A stretch of DNA of 60,664 bases from Candidatus Fermentithermobacillaceae bacterium (GTDB lineage Bacteria > Bacillota > Sulfobacillia > Fermentithermobacillales > Fermentithermobacillaceae), in assembly GCA_012512325.1 (NCBI GenBank), contig JAAZEL010000061.1:1-60664 (forward strand), written 5' to 3'. Both the position numbers and the translations under genes were made by a program. Positions 30,301 to 39,408 of the stretch are shown one piece after another (within the stretch, counting starts at the first letter, position 1; each line of letters begins with the position of its first letter). The notes below the pieces were generated by a model. That model was not told the DNA's origin. It made no database searches and saw only the letters and a list, made by a program, of their open reading frames with translations.

Positions 30301-30537
30301 GCGGCAAAAAGGGTGCGTCCGGTGTTGATGACCAGCCTTACAACCATCCTGGGACTGGTACCCATGGCCCTGGGGCTCGGCGAAGGTGCGGAAATAGGAG
30401 CGCCCATGGCCTTGACCCTAATGGGAGGGCTTGCTTCAGGCACCCTGCTTACTCTCATACTGGTGCCTGTGGTCTACAGCGTATTTGCGGGGTACAGGCC
30501 GCCGCAAAGGCATGGAAGGCAGCCGGCCAAGGGCTAA
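27304..30537 (+). CDS. RND efflux permease (AcrB/SwrC-like)
   Basis: SIRRPVAVLM, GMLVDNSIVVIENI, GVIVNNGIVMVD and RVRPVLMT motifs; 1077 aa. Confidence 0.95.
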   Translation: MHLSEVSIRRPVAVLMLMLMVVLLGLVSYSRLQMDLLPEISPPVAAIITTLPGASAAEVADLVAVPLESVAVTTSGIKDIMSISQEGVSIIVLTFDWGHDMTEARNDITQKLELVPLPDDASKPTVMKFDPTMLPVMQIAVAQSGDTEPGSLTELARDVLKPRLEGVEGVADVEVLGGLTKHVEVSLDPAKMSVFGITQDSIAALISASNLNYPLGTLEKDGLRLDLRLEGKFRSIEDLQNLVVGYVPSSQPGQWDIGPSASGLNQQGISGLGEAPGHQPVPSLPSVPAVAMQAVTLKQVATVSETFVETASVTRINGQPSVTLMVRKEGSANTVTVARAVRKELESLESELSGLKAIISFDQAEFIEMAVNSVTDNLLMGAALAILVLIVFLRDVRTTLVISVSIPFAVIATFVLMYFGDLTLNVMTLGGLTLGVGMLVDNSIVVIENIYRRIEEGKSPKDAASVGAREVATAITASTLTTVVVFLPVVFVGGIGGIIFKELAWTVTLSLLASLVVALTIVPMLASQWFSRKIKTGATGASTRQSSTPSSESLPKRSGGYRRLVEWSLNNRFIVFAITAALIAGSYWLARDMGTEFLPATDEGSFSIAIHMPEGSPLESTDELVSRIEEILDRHESVAMYSVTIGQGDSLTSMSLSRNASAEITATVTPEVLRDKTTHLVMEDVEEQVNKIKGDAEVAFNLQSTLSTLTGGMEGSVEVSVSGPDIREVQSISDTLVETLNGVPGVKRVSSTLTERKRELHLTVDREKAILHGLTPAQIAGAVSRAIRGQTVSRLEKADTTFDVVVRYDKDSVRTIEDIGSLLIAGQTGPVPLKEIAQIAEGEGPRTINRIDQRLSARIQAQYSNRDLGVVTADVSEIIAGLDLPEGYRVDIGGMSRIMSESFDDLKLAFLLGAILVYMVMAASFESLVTPFIVLFTMPLGAIGVIAALYLSGHAFGITAFIGAIVLAGVIVNNGIVMVDFINQQREVGLSVEEAICDGAAKRVRPVLMTSLTTILGLVPMALGLGEGAEIGAPMALTLMGGLASGTLLTLILVPVVYSVFAGYRPPQRHGRQPAKG

Positions 30538-30729
30538 AGGTAACAGCGGAATCCGCTGAAGGTGGCCGGCGCATTTTCTCTGTCCGCTTACAGGGTGACA
30601 ATATCACTGGCCGGTAGCAGAAGGCAATTCAGCGGTTGCATATTCTTACGAGTGTGGTTATAATAGTCGTCAATATTCCGGAGTTGCTTGTTGTCTTGAG
30701 CTATCAGGGAAGAGTATCTTAGGGTTCCG

Positions 30730-30927
30730 CGTTGGTTTCGGTGTGACACGGCTGCGGGTTGGGCGGTCCGGTTAACAAGCGGCCCGACCAACGGCAGACA
30801 CAAACCGGTGCAACGGTCTGGTCCGAGCGATACAGCTTTGCATTTAGAATGCAAAGTACACCGTGGGTAGAAAAGGCCCGTGCGGCAAGTTCCTTGAGAA
30901 GTTGCGATGGAACTGCCCACGGGTCTT
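30730..30927 (+). other. Two long imperfect hairpins in the leader of the NSS transporter
   Basis: Hairpins at 30730-30815 and 30873-30927 (AAGGCCCGTG.GGCA.GTTCC / GGAACTGCCCACGGGTCTT). Confidence 0.45.
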
Positions 30928-30981
30928 CGCATAGACGCAGGCAACTTATCAAACGTTTGAAGAAAGGAGAATCATGGCGTC

Positions 30982-32373
30982 ATGGCAATAGCTGACAGAG
31001 CAGACGCTGTACCAACTAAAGGCGCAGTGTCGCGGGACATTTTCACCACGAGACTCGGCGTTATCGCTGCTACTCTTGGGTCGGCGGTAGGCTTGGGGAA
31101 TATCTGGAAGTTCCCGTACCTCACAGGAGCCAACGGCGGGGCGGCATTCATAATAATATACCTGCTCTGCACCTTGGTAGTGGGCCTCCCGGTCATGATT
31201 ACCGAACATATGATAGGCCGGGCGGCAAGAGAAGATGCCATAGCGACCCTTAAGAAACTGGCACCGGGAAAAAGCTGGTGGTTGATAGGAGCTTCAGGAA
31301 TACTCGCTGCGTTCCTCATAATGGCTTTCTACACTGAAGTTGCTGCATGGGTTTTTGCTTATATCGTCAAAGCCGTACAAGGTGCCGTGTTATCAACTGA
31401 TCCTGCGGTAACCGAAGCGGCTTTTGCCGAGCTTATTACAAGCCCTGTCCAATCACTGGTGTGGCAATGGGTAGTGTTGGCATTTATAGCGTCAATCATA
31501 GCACTTGGCGTGTCAAAAGGCATCGAGCGCATGACCAAACGGCTTATGCCGGCGCTTTTCACTATCCTGGTTATCGTATGCATTAGGAGCATTACCCTGC
31601 CCGGATCATGGCAAGGACTTGAATTTCTCCTCAAACCGGATTTTTCAAAGGTAACGGGTGCCACCGTCCTCACTGCAATGGGACTGGCTTTTTTTAAACT
31701 GTCTGTGGGCATGGGCACCATGATCACGTACGGAAGTTACTTCTTGGAGGACCAGGACCTCCCTGCAACAGCAACACGGGTCATGCTTTCAGACCTTGCG
31801 GTTTCGTTCCTTTGTGGGTTGGCCATCTTCCCCGCCGTATTTGCCTTTGGTTTTCAGCCTGAGTCAGGTCCCTCCCTGCTGTTCATCACAATTCCGGCAG
31901 TGTTTAGTTCCATGCCTTTTGGCCAGATATTCATGATTCTCTTCTTTATCCTGGCAGCCATAGCTGCAACAGGCGCCATGTTGTCCCTGTTTGAGGTGCC
32001 TGTCGCGTACCTTGAGGGCACGTTGAACTGGAGCAGAAAAAAGGCTACCGTGGCCGTACTGGTAGGCTTGGCGCTGGTGGGCTCGACGGCTGCCCTGTCA
32101 AACAGCTTGCTTGCACATGTTGTATTCCCTGGAGTAGGTACGTTCTTCGACTTGTGGGACTACCTCACATCCAACATATTGCTGCCGCTAGGAGGCCTGT
32201 TCTTGAGCCTGTTCGCCGGACGGGTCCTGAAGTGGGATAACATAAAGACCTGGCTGACAAACAAAAGTACCCTGCAAAATGAAGGGGCAGCCCGGGCATT
32301 CTACTTCGTAGTCAGGTTTGTTACACCCGTCTTGATATTCATAATCCTGCTTTCAGGGCTTAACGTGTTCTAG
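30982..32373 (+). CDS. Sodium-dependent transporter, NSS/SNF family
   Basis: GSAVGLGNIWKFPY, FFKLSVGMG...TYGSY and GPSLLFITIP motifs. Confidence 0.94.
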   Translation: MAIADRADAVPTKGAVSRDIFTTRLGVIAATLGSAVGLGNIWKFPYLTGANGGAAFIIIYLLCTLVVGLPVMITEHMIGRAAREDAIATLKKLAPGKSWWLIGASGILAAFLIMAFYTEVAAWVFAYIVKAVQGAVLSTDPAVTEAAFAELITSPVQSLVWQWVVLAFIASIIALGVSKGIERMTKRLMPALFTILVIVCIRSITLPGSWQGLEFLLKPDFSKVTGATVLTAMGLAFFKLSVGMGTMITYGSYFLEDQDLPATATRVMLSDLAVSFLCGLAIFPAVFAFGFQPESGPSLLFITIPAVFSSMPFGQIFMILFFILAAIAATGAMLSLFEVPVAYLEGTLNWSRKKATVAVLVGLALVGSTAALSNSLLAHVVFPGVGTFFDLWDYLTSNILLPLGGLFLSLFAGRVLKWDNIKTWLTNKSTLQNEGAARAFYFVVRFVTPVLIFIILLSGLNVF

Positions 32374-32480
32374 CAGTGATCCCTGGGTTTAACTCACAGA
32401 CTCACAAGGGTTGCCTGAAGGCTTCTTGGAGCGGCCAGGCAACCCTTATCTTCTCTGTCCGCCCCTTCAGCGTGCGCCCC

Positions 32481-33866
32481 TTACCCGTCGGCATATTCCC
32501 TTTGCTCCTGGAGCAATCGCCTGCACGCAGGAAGGCGCTTGATCATCACTCCTCCGATGAGAGCTTCAACACCTGTCCCGGCAGACAACCCAATTGTCCC
32601 TATGGCCGCTCCCATGGCCGGATAGAGTTTTGCCAGGATAACAACGGTAAGTGAACTTATGAGCATGTTCCCGGACTTGGCTACCGTAACCCAAAGCGCT
32701 TGCCTGCCCAGCATGAGAATACCTTCAAAAAACTCAGCCAGAGACGCAAAAAAGGGCATTAGGGCCACAAAGGCCACGGCTTTGAGGGCTTCAGGGATGA
32801 CTTCCTGAGGAACCTTTATGACAGATCCGAAGATCCACGTACCTATCTGCGGCACAACGCTGATCCACAGGCACACCAGAGCTGTCGTGCCCAACACGGC
32901 GGAAAAGGTCCGGATCTGCTGAAAAGAACCTCGGTCTTTCACGTATACGATCACCAATTGGTAGATGTTGTATGTAAGTGAGATAAAGATAAAGGAGAAA
33001 CTGGTCGCCACCTGGTAGCCTGCAAGGGCAACTTCGGGGTTGGCAGTCTGGGACAGGGCAGCGGTGATTATAGGCCTTCCTAGTGTCTGCACCGATGAAG
33101 CAATTGCCAAGGGCAAACCAAATCGGAGCAGCACTGAAGTTCTTGGCATCAACTCGTCAGGAGCCTCTTCCTCCAAAGGCTCCACTATCTTGGTTGATGC
33201 AACCCATGCAAGCACGGCCTCAGTCCCTATTCCCAGCATCAATATAGACGCCCCGACGGGACCCACAGGCCACAATCCCGGAAGGATGGCAGCAGCCGCA
33301 AACATCACCATTACCCTTACGACCATGTTGATCGTAAGCCAAACGGTCTGCTTCTTTATGACAATGGGAACCTGGAACACAGACCTGACGCACGACCATA
33401 CAGGCCACAACATGAACACTCTCATTGACGGCACTGCCATCCGGTATACCTCTTCCGAGACCCCCAGCATATCTATGAGCACATGCCTTGACAGCGGGGT
33501 CCAACAAATAACCGACAGGGCCGCGAGCAACACACCCAGGATCACGAAGGCTACCTGTGCAGTTTTTCTGAAGGATCTTCTACTTTGCGTAAAAGTAAGG
33601 CACATGCGCCCCATACCGTAAACAGGTGATTCCAAGACAGCCACTATGCTGTAGGATGCAGAATATGCTGCCAGGGCAACTGTAGGGTACAACGTCCTTG
33701 CTATAGCGCCGCTGACCACCGAATGTGTCAACATCATCAACATCGAAGCGGCTGCCAACGGCACGTAGAACTTGAGCAGCACCGCTAGAGGTTGCCGGGA
33801 TGAAGATGGCGCATTGCTTGTCTTAGATGAACGCTTCAAAGGCGGTTCCTCTCCCTCCGATTGCAA
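32481..33866 (-). CDS. MOP/MATE-superfamily membrane protein (atypical)
   Basis: About 12 hydrophobic segments in two similar halves (FYVPLAAASMLMML...ALAAYS / FGLPLAIASSVQTL...ALAGYQ). Confidence 0.6.
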   Translation of the reverse strand: MQSEGEEPPLKRSSKTSNAPSSSRQPLAVLLKFYVPLAAASMLMMLTHSVVSGAIARTLYPTVALAAYSASYSIVAVLESPVYGMGRMCLTFTQSRRSFRKTAQVAFVILGVLLAALSVICWTPLSRHVLIDMLGVSEEVYRMAVPSMRVFMLWPVWSCVRSVFQVPIVIKKQTVWLTINMVVRVMVMFAAAAILPGLWPVGPVGASILMLGIGTEAVLAWVASTKIVEPLEEEAPDELMPRTSVLLRFGLPLAIASSVQTLGRPIITAALSQTANPEVALAGYQVATSFSFIFISLTYNIYQLVIVYVKDRGSFQQIRTFSAVLGTTALVCLWISVVPQIGTWIFGSVIKVPQEVIPEALKAVAFVALMPFFASLAEFFEGILMLGRQALWVTVAKSGNMLISSLTVVILAKLYPAMGAAIGTIGLSAGTGVEALIGGVMIKRLPACRRLLQEQREYADG

Positions 33867-34041
33867 TCATCATATGAAATCATCACATTAGATGTATTGT
33901 ATCATTAATCATCCACAAGCCCATCACATAAAACTCGCAGATAGCGGCCCCAAGAAGCAAGAGAGGCCCGGCATACCCTATCTGTGAATCTGTCTGCAAG
34001 CAAAGCCGATGTGTGCCAGACAGGCTGTGTACATGCAGGCA

Positions 34042-35025
34042 CTAGGCCTTAGCTTTCACATAAAGGGGTTTCTTGTCGAGCCGATGGCTGGCCCGGACGA
34101 TGCGAACGGTCCCGGTGGCGCCGCGCATGACGATTGAATGGGTCTTCGCGATAGAACCTATGTAGCGCACCCCTTCGAGGAGCTCGCCGTTAGTAACGCC
34201 TGTAGCCGCAAAGATGACGTCATCGGTTTTCACAAGGTCGTCCATGGTTAGTTTCCGGCGTACATCTGAAATGCCCATAGTTCGCGCCCTTTCCGCTTCC
34301 TCCGGAGACGTGGGCCAAAGCCTGGCCTGCATCTCTCCTTCGAGACAACGGAGAGCCGCTGCAGCCAGCACTCCTTCAGGAGCACCGCCTATGCCGGCAA
34401 GCACATCCACCCCTGAATCCTCAAAAGCCACGGCGATCGCAGGCGAAAGATCGCCGTCGGGAATCAACTGTATCCTCGCCCCGGCCTTCCGGACACTGTC
34501 GATAAGATGCCGGTTCCTAGCGCGGTCGAGGATTACCACCACAAGATCGAACACGTTCTTCTGGAGACCCTCTGCTATGCTGCGCAGGTTTTCCTCGATA
34601 GGCAAATCTAGGTCTATCCGCCCCCTTGCTTTGGGGCCTACTGCAAGTTTATCCATATACATGTCAGGGGCATGAAACAGGCAGCCTTGTTCAGCCACGG
34701 CTATCACCGCCATAGACCTGGGCAACCCCTTGGAAAGCACCGTGGTACCCTCGAGGGGATCAACCGCTACATCTACCCGCGGCCCCCGCCCGGTACCCAC
34801 CTTTTCCCCTATGTACAGCATTGGTGCTTCGTCCATTTCCCCTTCGCCTATCACAACCGCTCCGTCTATGTCCACCGTATCAAGGGCCCGCCTCATAGCT
34901 TGAACCGCTGCCTCGTCACATGCTTCCTTGTCCCCCATACCCATTAACCTGCCGCAGGCAAGGGCTCCCGCTTCGGTGACCCGCACAAACTCAAGGGCAA
35001 GTTCTCTTTCTATCTCTTTCTGCAT
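34042..35025 (-). CDS. glpX: Class II fructose-1,6-bisphosphatase
   Basis: VIGEGEMDEAPMLYIGE, VDPLEGT, PDMYMDK and GAPEGVLAAAAL motifs. Confidence 0.95.
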   Translation of the reverse strand: MQKEIERELALEFVRVTEAGALACGRLMGMGDKEACDEAAVQAMRRALDTVDIDGAVVIGEGEMDEAPMLYIGEKVGTGRGPRVDVAVDPLEGTTVLSKGLPRSMAVIAVAEQGCLFHAPDMYMDKLAVGPKARGRIDLDLPIEENLRSIAEGLQKNVFDLVVVILDRARNRHLIDSVRKAGARIQLIPDGDLSPAIAVAFEDSGVDVLAGIGGAPEGVLAAAALRCLEGEMQARLWPTSPEEAERARTMGISDVRRKLTMDDLVKTDDVIFAATGVTNGELLEGVRYIGSIAKTHSIVMRGATGTVRIVRASHRLDKKPLYVKAKA

Positions 35026-35096
35026 GTGTGTCACCTCACAATAATGCTGCTAATGCCAAAATTAGCGATATAATTGGCCGAATTCCTGCTCACGCG

Positions 35097-35128
35097 AGAG
35101 GAATTCTACAACGGTTCGTAGAATTCCT
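35097..35128. promoter_or_regulatory. Palindrome forming SigH-like promoters in both directions (opp / glpX)
   Basis: AGGAATTCTAC-N8-GTAGAATTCCT perfect 11-bp inverted repeat, read as AGGAATT-N15-GAAT on both strands. Confidence 0.5.
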
Positions 35129-35404
35129 AGATTGAGAATCTAGTATAAGCACGACTGGATGATTTGATATCACGGTAGTACCCTGTCTCAGCGTTGTCTA
35201 AGAATAGCCGCCTTGGAGTACAAGGCCGTAAAAGGAGGTGACCTCAACACGAAAAACGCCCAGATCGACACGCTACTATATCAGGCAAACATCCCAGGTA
35301 TGACGAAACACACCCCGAAGCAGCCTTCACCACATATGCTTCTGAGCTGACAACTTTCAGATCAGCCCTAGTTTTCCACAGAATTTTCCTGAGGAAGGTG
35401 TCTA

Positions 35405-37291
35405 ATGTTGATGAAAGCAGTAAAAAGAGTGTTGCCCTTCTTGCTGCTGGCCGTGGTTTTGCTGGCCGGATGTACACCAGAGGCTGAAGAGTCTGATACC
35501 CCACCCGAGTCCAAACTCAGGGAATCAGGGGACGTCTACAGCGTCTACTCAGGCGAGATCACAACTATCAACTACCTGGTGACGTCCACAACAGCTGAAT
35601 TCTCGGTGGCAGCAAACACAGTGGACTGCCTTGTAGAGTACGACAATCTGGGTATTGTCAGGCCTGCGCTCGCCGAATCCTGGACAGTTTCCGATGACGG
35701 TCTCGTATGGACCTTCAAGATCCGGGAAGGCGTGAAGTGGTACGCCTATGACGGTCAGGAATATGCTGATGTCACTGCCCATGACTGGGTGTCCTCTGCC
35801 AAGTACCTGCTCAATCCTGACAACGCCTCCGCAACTGCCAACATCTTCTACAGCGTGGTCAAGAACGCCGAAGAGTATTTCCTCGGCGAAATCGATGATT
35901 TCGAGTCAGTTGGCGTAAAAGCCCTTGATGACTACACCTTGGAGTACACGCTGAAACAGCCCGTTCCCTACTTCCTGAGCATGCTCACCTACTGCCCGTT
36001 CATGCCCGCCAACGGCAAGTTCTTGGAGGAAGTGGGCAACGAGCAGTTTGGAACCGATCATACAAAGCTCCTGTACTGCGGCGCTTACATCCTGTCAGAG
36101 TGGCGTCACCAGGACGAGCGGATCTACGTAAAGAACGAGAATTACTGGGATGCTGACAACGTACACATCAAGAGGATCGTGTCCAAGTACAACAAGGAGG
36201 CTTCAACCCTGGCGCCTGAGATGTTCCTAAGGGGCGAAGTAACCGACGCAAGCATACCCACTGCGTCGCTTGACGAATGGATGAACGATCCTGAGAAGGC
36301 CAAGATGGTCCGCCCGGCCGAAACAAGCTTCTACTCCTACTGGTATACGTTCAACTTCGACCCGCACTTCCCGGAGGAATACGAGCCTGAAAACTGGAAG
36401 ATAGCAGTCAACAACAAGAACTTCAGGAAGGCCATTTTCCACGGGCTCGACAGGATCTCCGCATTGCTTTGCTTGGATCCCTATGAGCCTGAAAGAATGC
36501 TGAGCAATACGATTACCCCGAAGAACTTCGTGGCTGCCGGCGGCAAGGACTATACCATGATAGGTGACCTCGCCAAGTGGACCGCCGGCGACAGCTTCAA
36601 TCTGGAGCTTGCCCTTGAGTGCCGCGACAAAGCCAAGGCTGAACTCGAAGGCAAGTGCAAGTTCCCGGTCAAGATCATGATGCCTTACAGAACCGCTGAC
36701 ACCTGGTGGGCCAACGAATCCCAGGTAGTCGAGCAGCAGTTGGAATCCCTCCTGGGTGAGGATTTCATCGACATCATCCCCGTAGGGTTCCCGGCCTCAG
36801 GCTTCCTGGATTCAACACGTAGGGCCGGCAACTACGCCCTCCAGAACTGCAACTGGGGTCCTGACTACGCCGACCCCGAGACCTATACAGAGCCTTTCTG
36901 CCCCGACGGGACCTACAACTGGCCCGAGAAAGCTACCGACCCAGCCTATTTCCTGGAAGACGGCAGGACTGTCTACCAGAAGATGGTCGACGACGCCAAG
37001 GCTGAGGTCATAGACATAGAAAGACGTTATGAACTATTCGCCGCGGCTGAAGCGTATGTGATCGAAGAAGCATGGGTCATACCGTTGCGTGTGGGCGGCG
37101 GAGGCTATGTCGCCAGCAAACTGGAACCCTTTGCTTCTCCCTATGCCCCGTTTGGAGTCTCCTCACTCCAGTACAAGGGTCAGATCGTGATGGAGGAGCC
37201 CATGGGCATGGAAGAGTATAAGGCGGCGCAAGCCAAGTGGGAGAAAGAGCGGGCTGCTGCACTCGAGGCAGAAGCTGCCAAAGGCAGATGA
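35405..37291 (+). CDS. oppA: Oligopeptide ABC transporter substrate-binding lipoprotein
   Basis: Lipobox LAGC, ALAESWTVSDDGLVWTFKIREGVKW and WGPDYADP motifs. Confidence 0.93.
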   Translation: MLMKAVKRVLPFLLLAVVLLAGCTPEAEESDTPPESKLRESGDVYSVYSGEITTINYLVTSTTAEFSVAANTVDCLVEYDNLGIVRPALAESWTVSDDGLVWTFKIREGVKWYAYDGQEYADVTAHDWVSSAKYLLNPDNASATANIFYSVVKNAEEYFLGEIDDFESVGVKALDDYTLEYTLKQPVPYFLSMLTYCPFMPANGKFLEEVGNEQFGTDHTKLLYCGAYILSEWRHQDERIYVKNENYWDADNVHIKRIVSKYNKEASTLAPEMFLRGEVTDASIPTASLDEWMNDPEKAKMVRPAETSFYSYWYTFNFDPHFPEEYEPENWKIAVNNKNFRKAIFHGLDRISALLCLDPYEPERMLSNTITPKNFVAAGGKDYTMIGDLAKWTAGDSFNLELALECRDKAKAELEGKCKFPVKIMMPYRTADTWWANESQVVEQQLESLLGEDFIDIIPVGFPASGFLDSTRRAGNYALQNCNWGPDYADPETYTEPFCPDGTYNWPEKATDPAYFLEDGRTVYQKMVDDAKAEVIDIERRYELFAAAEAYVIEEAWVIPLRVGGGGYVASKLEPFASPYAPFGVSSLQYKGQIVMEEPMGMEEYKAAQAKWEKERAAALEAEAAKGR

Positions 37292-37303
37292 TCTTGTAGA
37301 TGG

Positions 37304-37328
37304 CAGGCCCGGCTAAATGCCGGGCCTG
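37304..37328 (+). other. Intercistronic stem-loop after oppA
   Basis: CAGGCCCGGC-TAAAT-GCCGGGCCTG. Confidence 0.6.
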
Positions 37329-37467
37329 TTGACCTAAGTGCCGGAAGAGAGATCACACAGGACCTTCTCTTGCGGCATCGGCCCCTCACACAAGCTTGTG
37401 ATAGGGTCTACAGAACAAGCTGAGCAGCGCTCGAAAGGATAAGCCACGTGGGAGAGGGTATTAGATA

Positions 37468-38427
37468 ATGCTAAGGTATAGTATAAGAAGGCTATTGCAA
37501 TCGGTAGTAACAGTTTTCATAGTTATTACCCTGGTATTTCTTCTGATGAGACTCCTGCCTGAAGAGGGATATTTCGGCGACAGTTACGATAAGTTAACTC
37601 CGGAGCAGCGCGAAGCAATACTCCGCAAGTTCGGCTTGCTTGACCCCTGGTACATTCAGTTGAGAAACTTCTACTCCTCGCTTCTAAAGGGCGACCTTGG
37701 TACATCCATCATCTATCGCCGGGATGTACCTGTTATTGACATCATAAAAATCAAGATCCCGTTCTCCGTTTCCTTCGGCTTGGCTGCCATTGGCGTGTCG
37801 TTGCTGTTTGGGTTGAGCATGGGGATTCACATGGCGCGCAACAAGGGCAGGTTCTGGGACCAGATCTGGTCGGCTTACGTGGTGTTCATCAATGCGGTGC
37901 CGGCAGCGGTATACTTGCTGTTTATCCAGCTATACGTGACCGGCCTTAAATATCGGGGCCGCCCCATCTTCCCCATGTTGTTCGACCGGTATAACCCCCG
38001 GAGCTGGATCTTGCCGCTTATCTCCATGTCCCTGGGAAGCATAGCGGGTTACGCAATGTGGATGAGACGCTACATGGTTGACCAGCTCAATCAGGACTAC
38101 ATCCGGCTTGCCAGGGCGAAAGGAATGTCAGACAAGCAGATCATGGTCAAGCACGTGATGCGCAATGCTTTTGTGCCAATGGCTCAATATCTGCCCACCT
38201 CAGTGCTGCTGACCATTTCAGGTTCCATCTACATCGAGTCCTTGTATTCAATACCCGGAATGGGCGGACTCCTGGTAGATGTAATTCAAAGACAGGATAA
38301 CCCGTTGGTGCAGGCACTGGTCCTAATCTACTCAAGCCTGGGGATTTGGGGGCTCTTCCTGGGAGACGTCTTGATGGCCATATTCGATCCCCGCATCAGG
38401 CTTGAGAGAAGAGAGGGGGCCAGGTAA
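37468..38427 (+). CDS. oppB: Oligopeptide ABC permease
   Basis: LKGDLGTS and QDYIRLARAKGMS (EAA-like) motifs. Confidence 0.93.
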   Translation: MLRYSIRRLLQSVVTVFIVITLVFLLMRLLPEEGYFGDSYDKLTPEQREAILRKFGLLDPWYIQLRNFYSSLLKGDLGTSIIYRRDVPVIDIIKIKIPFSVSFGLAAIGVSLLFGLSMGIHMARNKGRFWDQIWSAYVVFINAVPAAVYLLFIQLYVTGLKYRGRPIFPMLFDRYNPRSWILPLISMSLGSIAGYAMWMRRYMVDQLNQDYIRLARAKGMSDKQIMVKHVMRNAFVPMAQYLPTSVLLTISGSIYIESLYSIPGMGGLLVDVIQRQDNPLVQALVLIYSSLGIWGLFLGDVLMAIFDPRIRLERREGAR

Positions 38428-39396
38428 ATGACGCACAAAGAACAACAGGTTATTCAGGCGATGGAAGACGAAGCCTTGTTTACTTTCGCCGAATATGACC
38501 CGGAAGCTGCTGAAAGGGTCGGGTACTCTGACTACTCATATTGGGGTTCGACACTGAAGATTTTCCTCAAGAACAAGACGGCGATTTTCTTGCTTTGCCT
38601 GATGGGGGCCCTGATACTCTTCACTACCATCCAACCATATTTGCCAAACCAGAAATCTCCTATCAAGATCCATACGGACCCTGCAACGGGATACCCTCTC
38701 CGAAATCGTCCCCCCAGTGATGAGTTTTGGTTTGGCACTAACGTGATCGGCCAGGACCTCTGGGCCCGGCTTTGGAGCGGTACAAGGACATCCTTGTTGA
38801 TAGCCATCATTGTGGGCATATGGGAAGTGTGTTTCGGGATATTCATAGGAGCGGTATGGGGCTACGTCCGTCAGATTGACGCTTTCATGACGGAAGCGTA
38901 CAACGTGATAAACAACATACCCACCACCATCCTGCTCATGTTGCTCGCATATATCTTGCGGCCCAGTTTCAAGACCATGGTGATCGCCATGTGCTGCACC
39001 GGATGGCTCGGTATGGCTCGATTCGTGCGTAACCAGATAGTGATTATCAGGGACCGTGAGTACAACCTGGCCTCGCGGTGTCTGGGCACGCCGACCTACC
39101 GGATTATCACCAAGAACCTTCTGCCGTATCTTGTATCCGTAATCGTAATGCGCATTGCGTTGTCAATTCCCGGGACCATCGGGTGGGAAGTATTCCTTAC
39201 CTATATCGGATTGGGTCTGCCGATAGACACCCCTTCACTGGGAAATCTGCTGAACGAGGGACGCCAGGTTATGATGGCGCCTGCCCTCAGGTATCAGCTG
39301 GTTTTCCCGGCAGTAGTGCTTTCTGTAATAACCATATCGTTCTATGTGCTGGGTAATGCGTTTGCCGACGCTTCGGATCCCAGAAACCACTACTAG
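38428..39396 (+). CDS. oppC: Oligopeptide ABC permease
   Basis: WFGTNVIGQDLWARLW and REYNLASRCLG motifs. Confidence 0.93.
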   Translation: MTHKEQQVIQAMEDEALFTFAEYDPEAAERVGYSDYSYWGSTLKIFLKNKTAIFLLCLMGALILFTTIQPYLPNQKSPIKIHTDPATGYPLRNRPPSDEFWFGTNVIGQDLWARLWSGTRTSLLIAIIVGIWEVCFGIFIGAVWGYVRQIDAFMTEAYNVINNIPTTILLMLLAYILRPSFKTMVIAMCCTGWLGMARFVRNQIVIIRDREYNLASRCLGTPTYRIITKNLLPYLVSVIVMRIALSIPGTIGWEVFLTYIGLGLPIDTPSLGNLLNEGRQVMMAPALRYQLVFPAVVLSVITISFYVLGNAFADASDPRNHY

Positions 39397-39408
39397 GAGG
39401 CGGATCAA

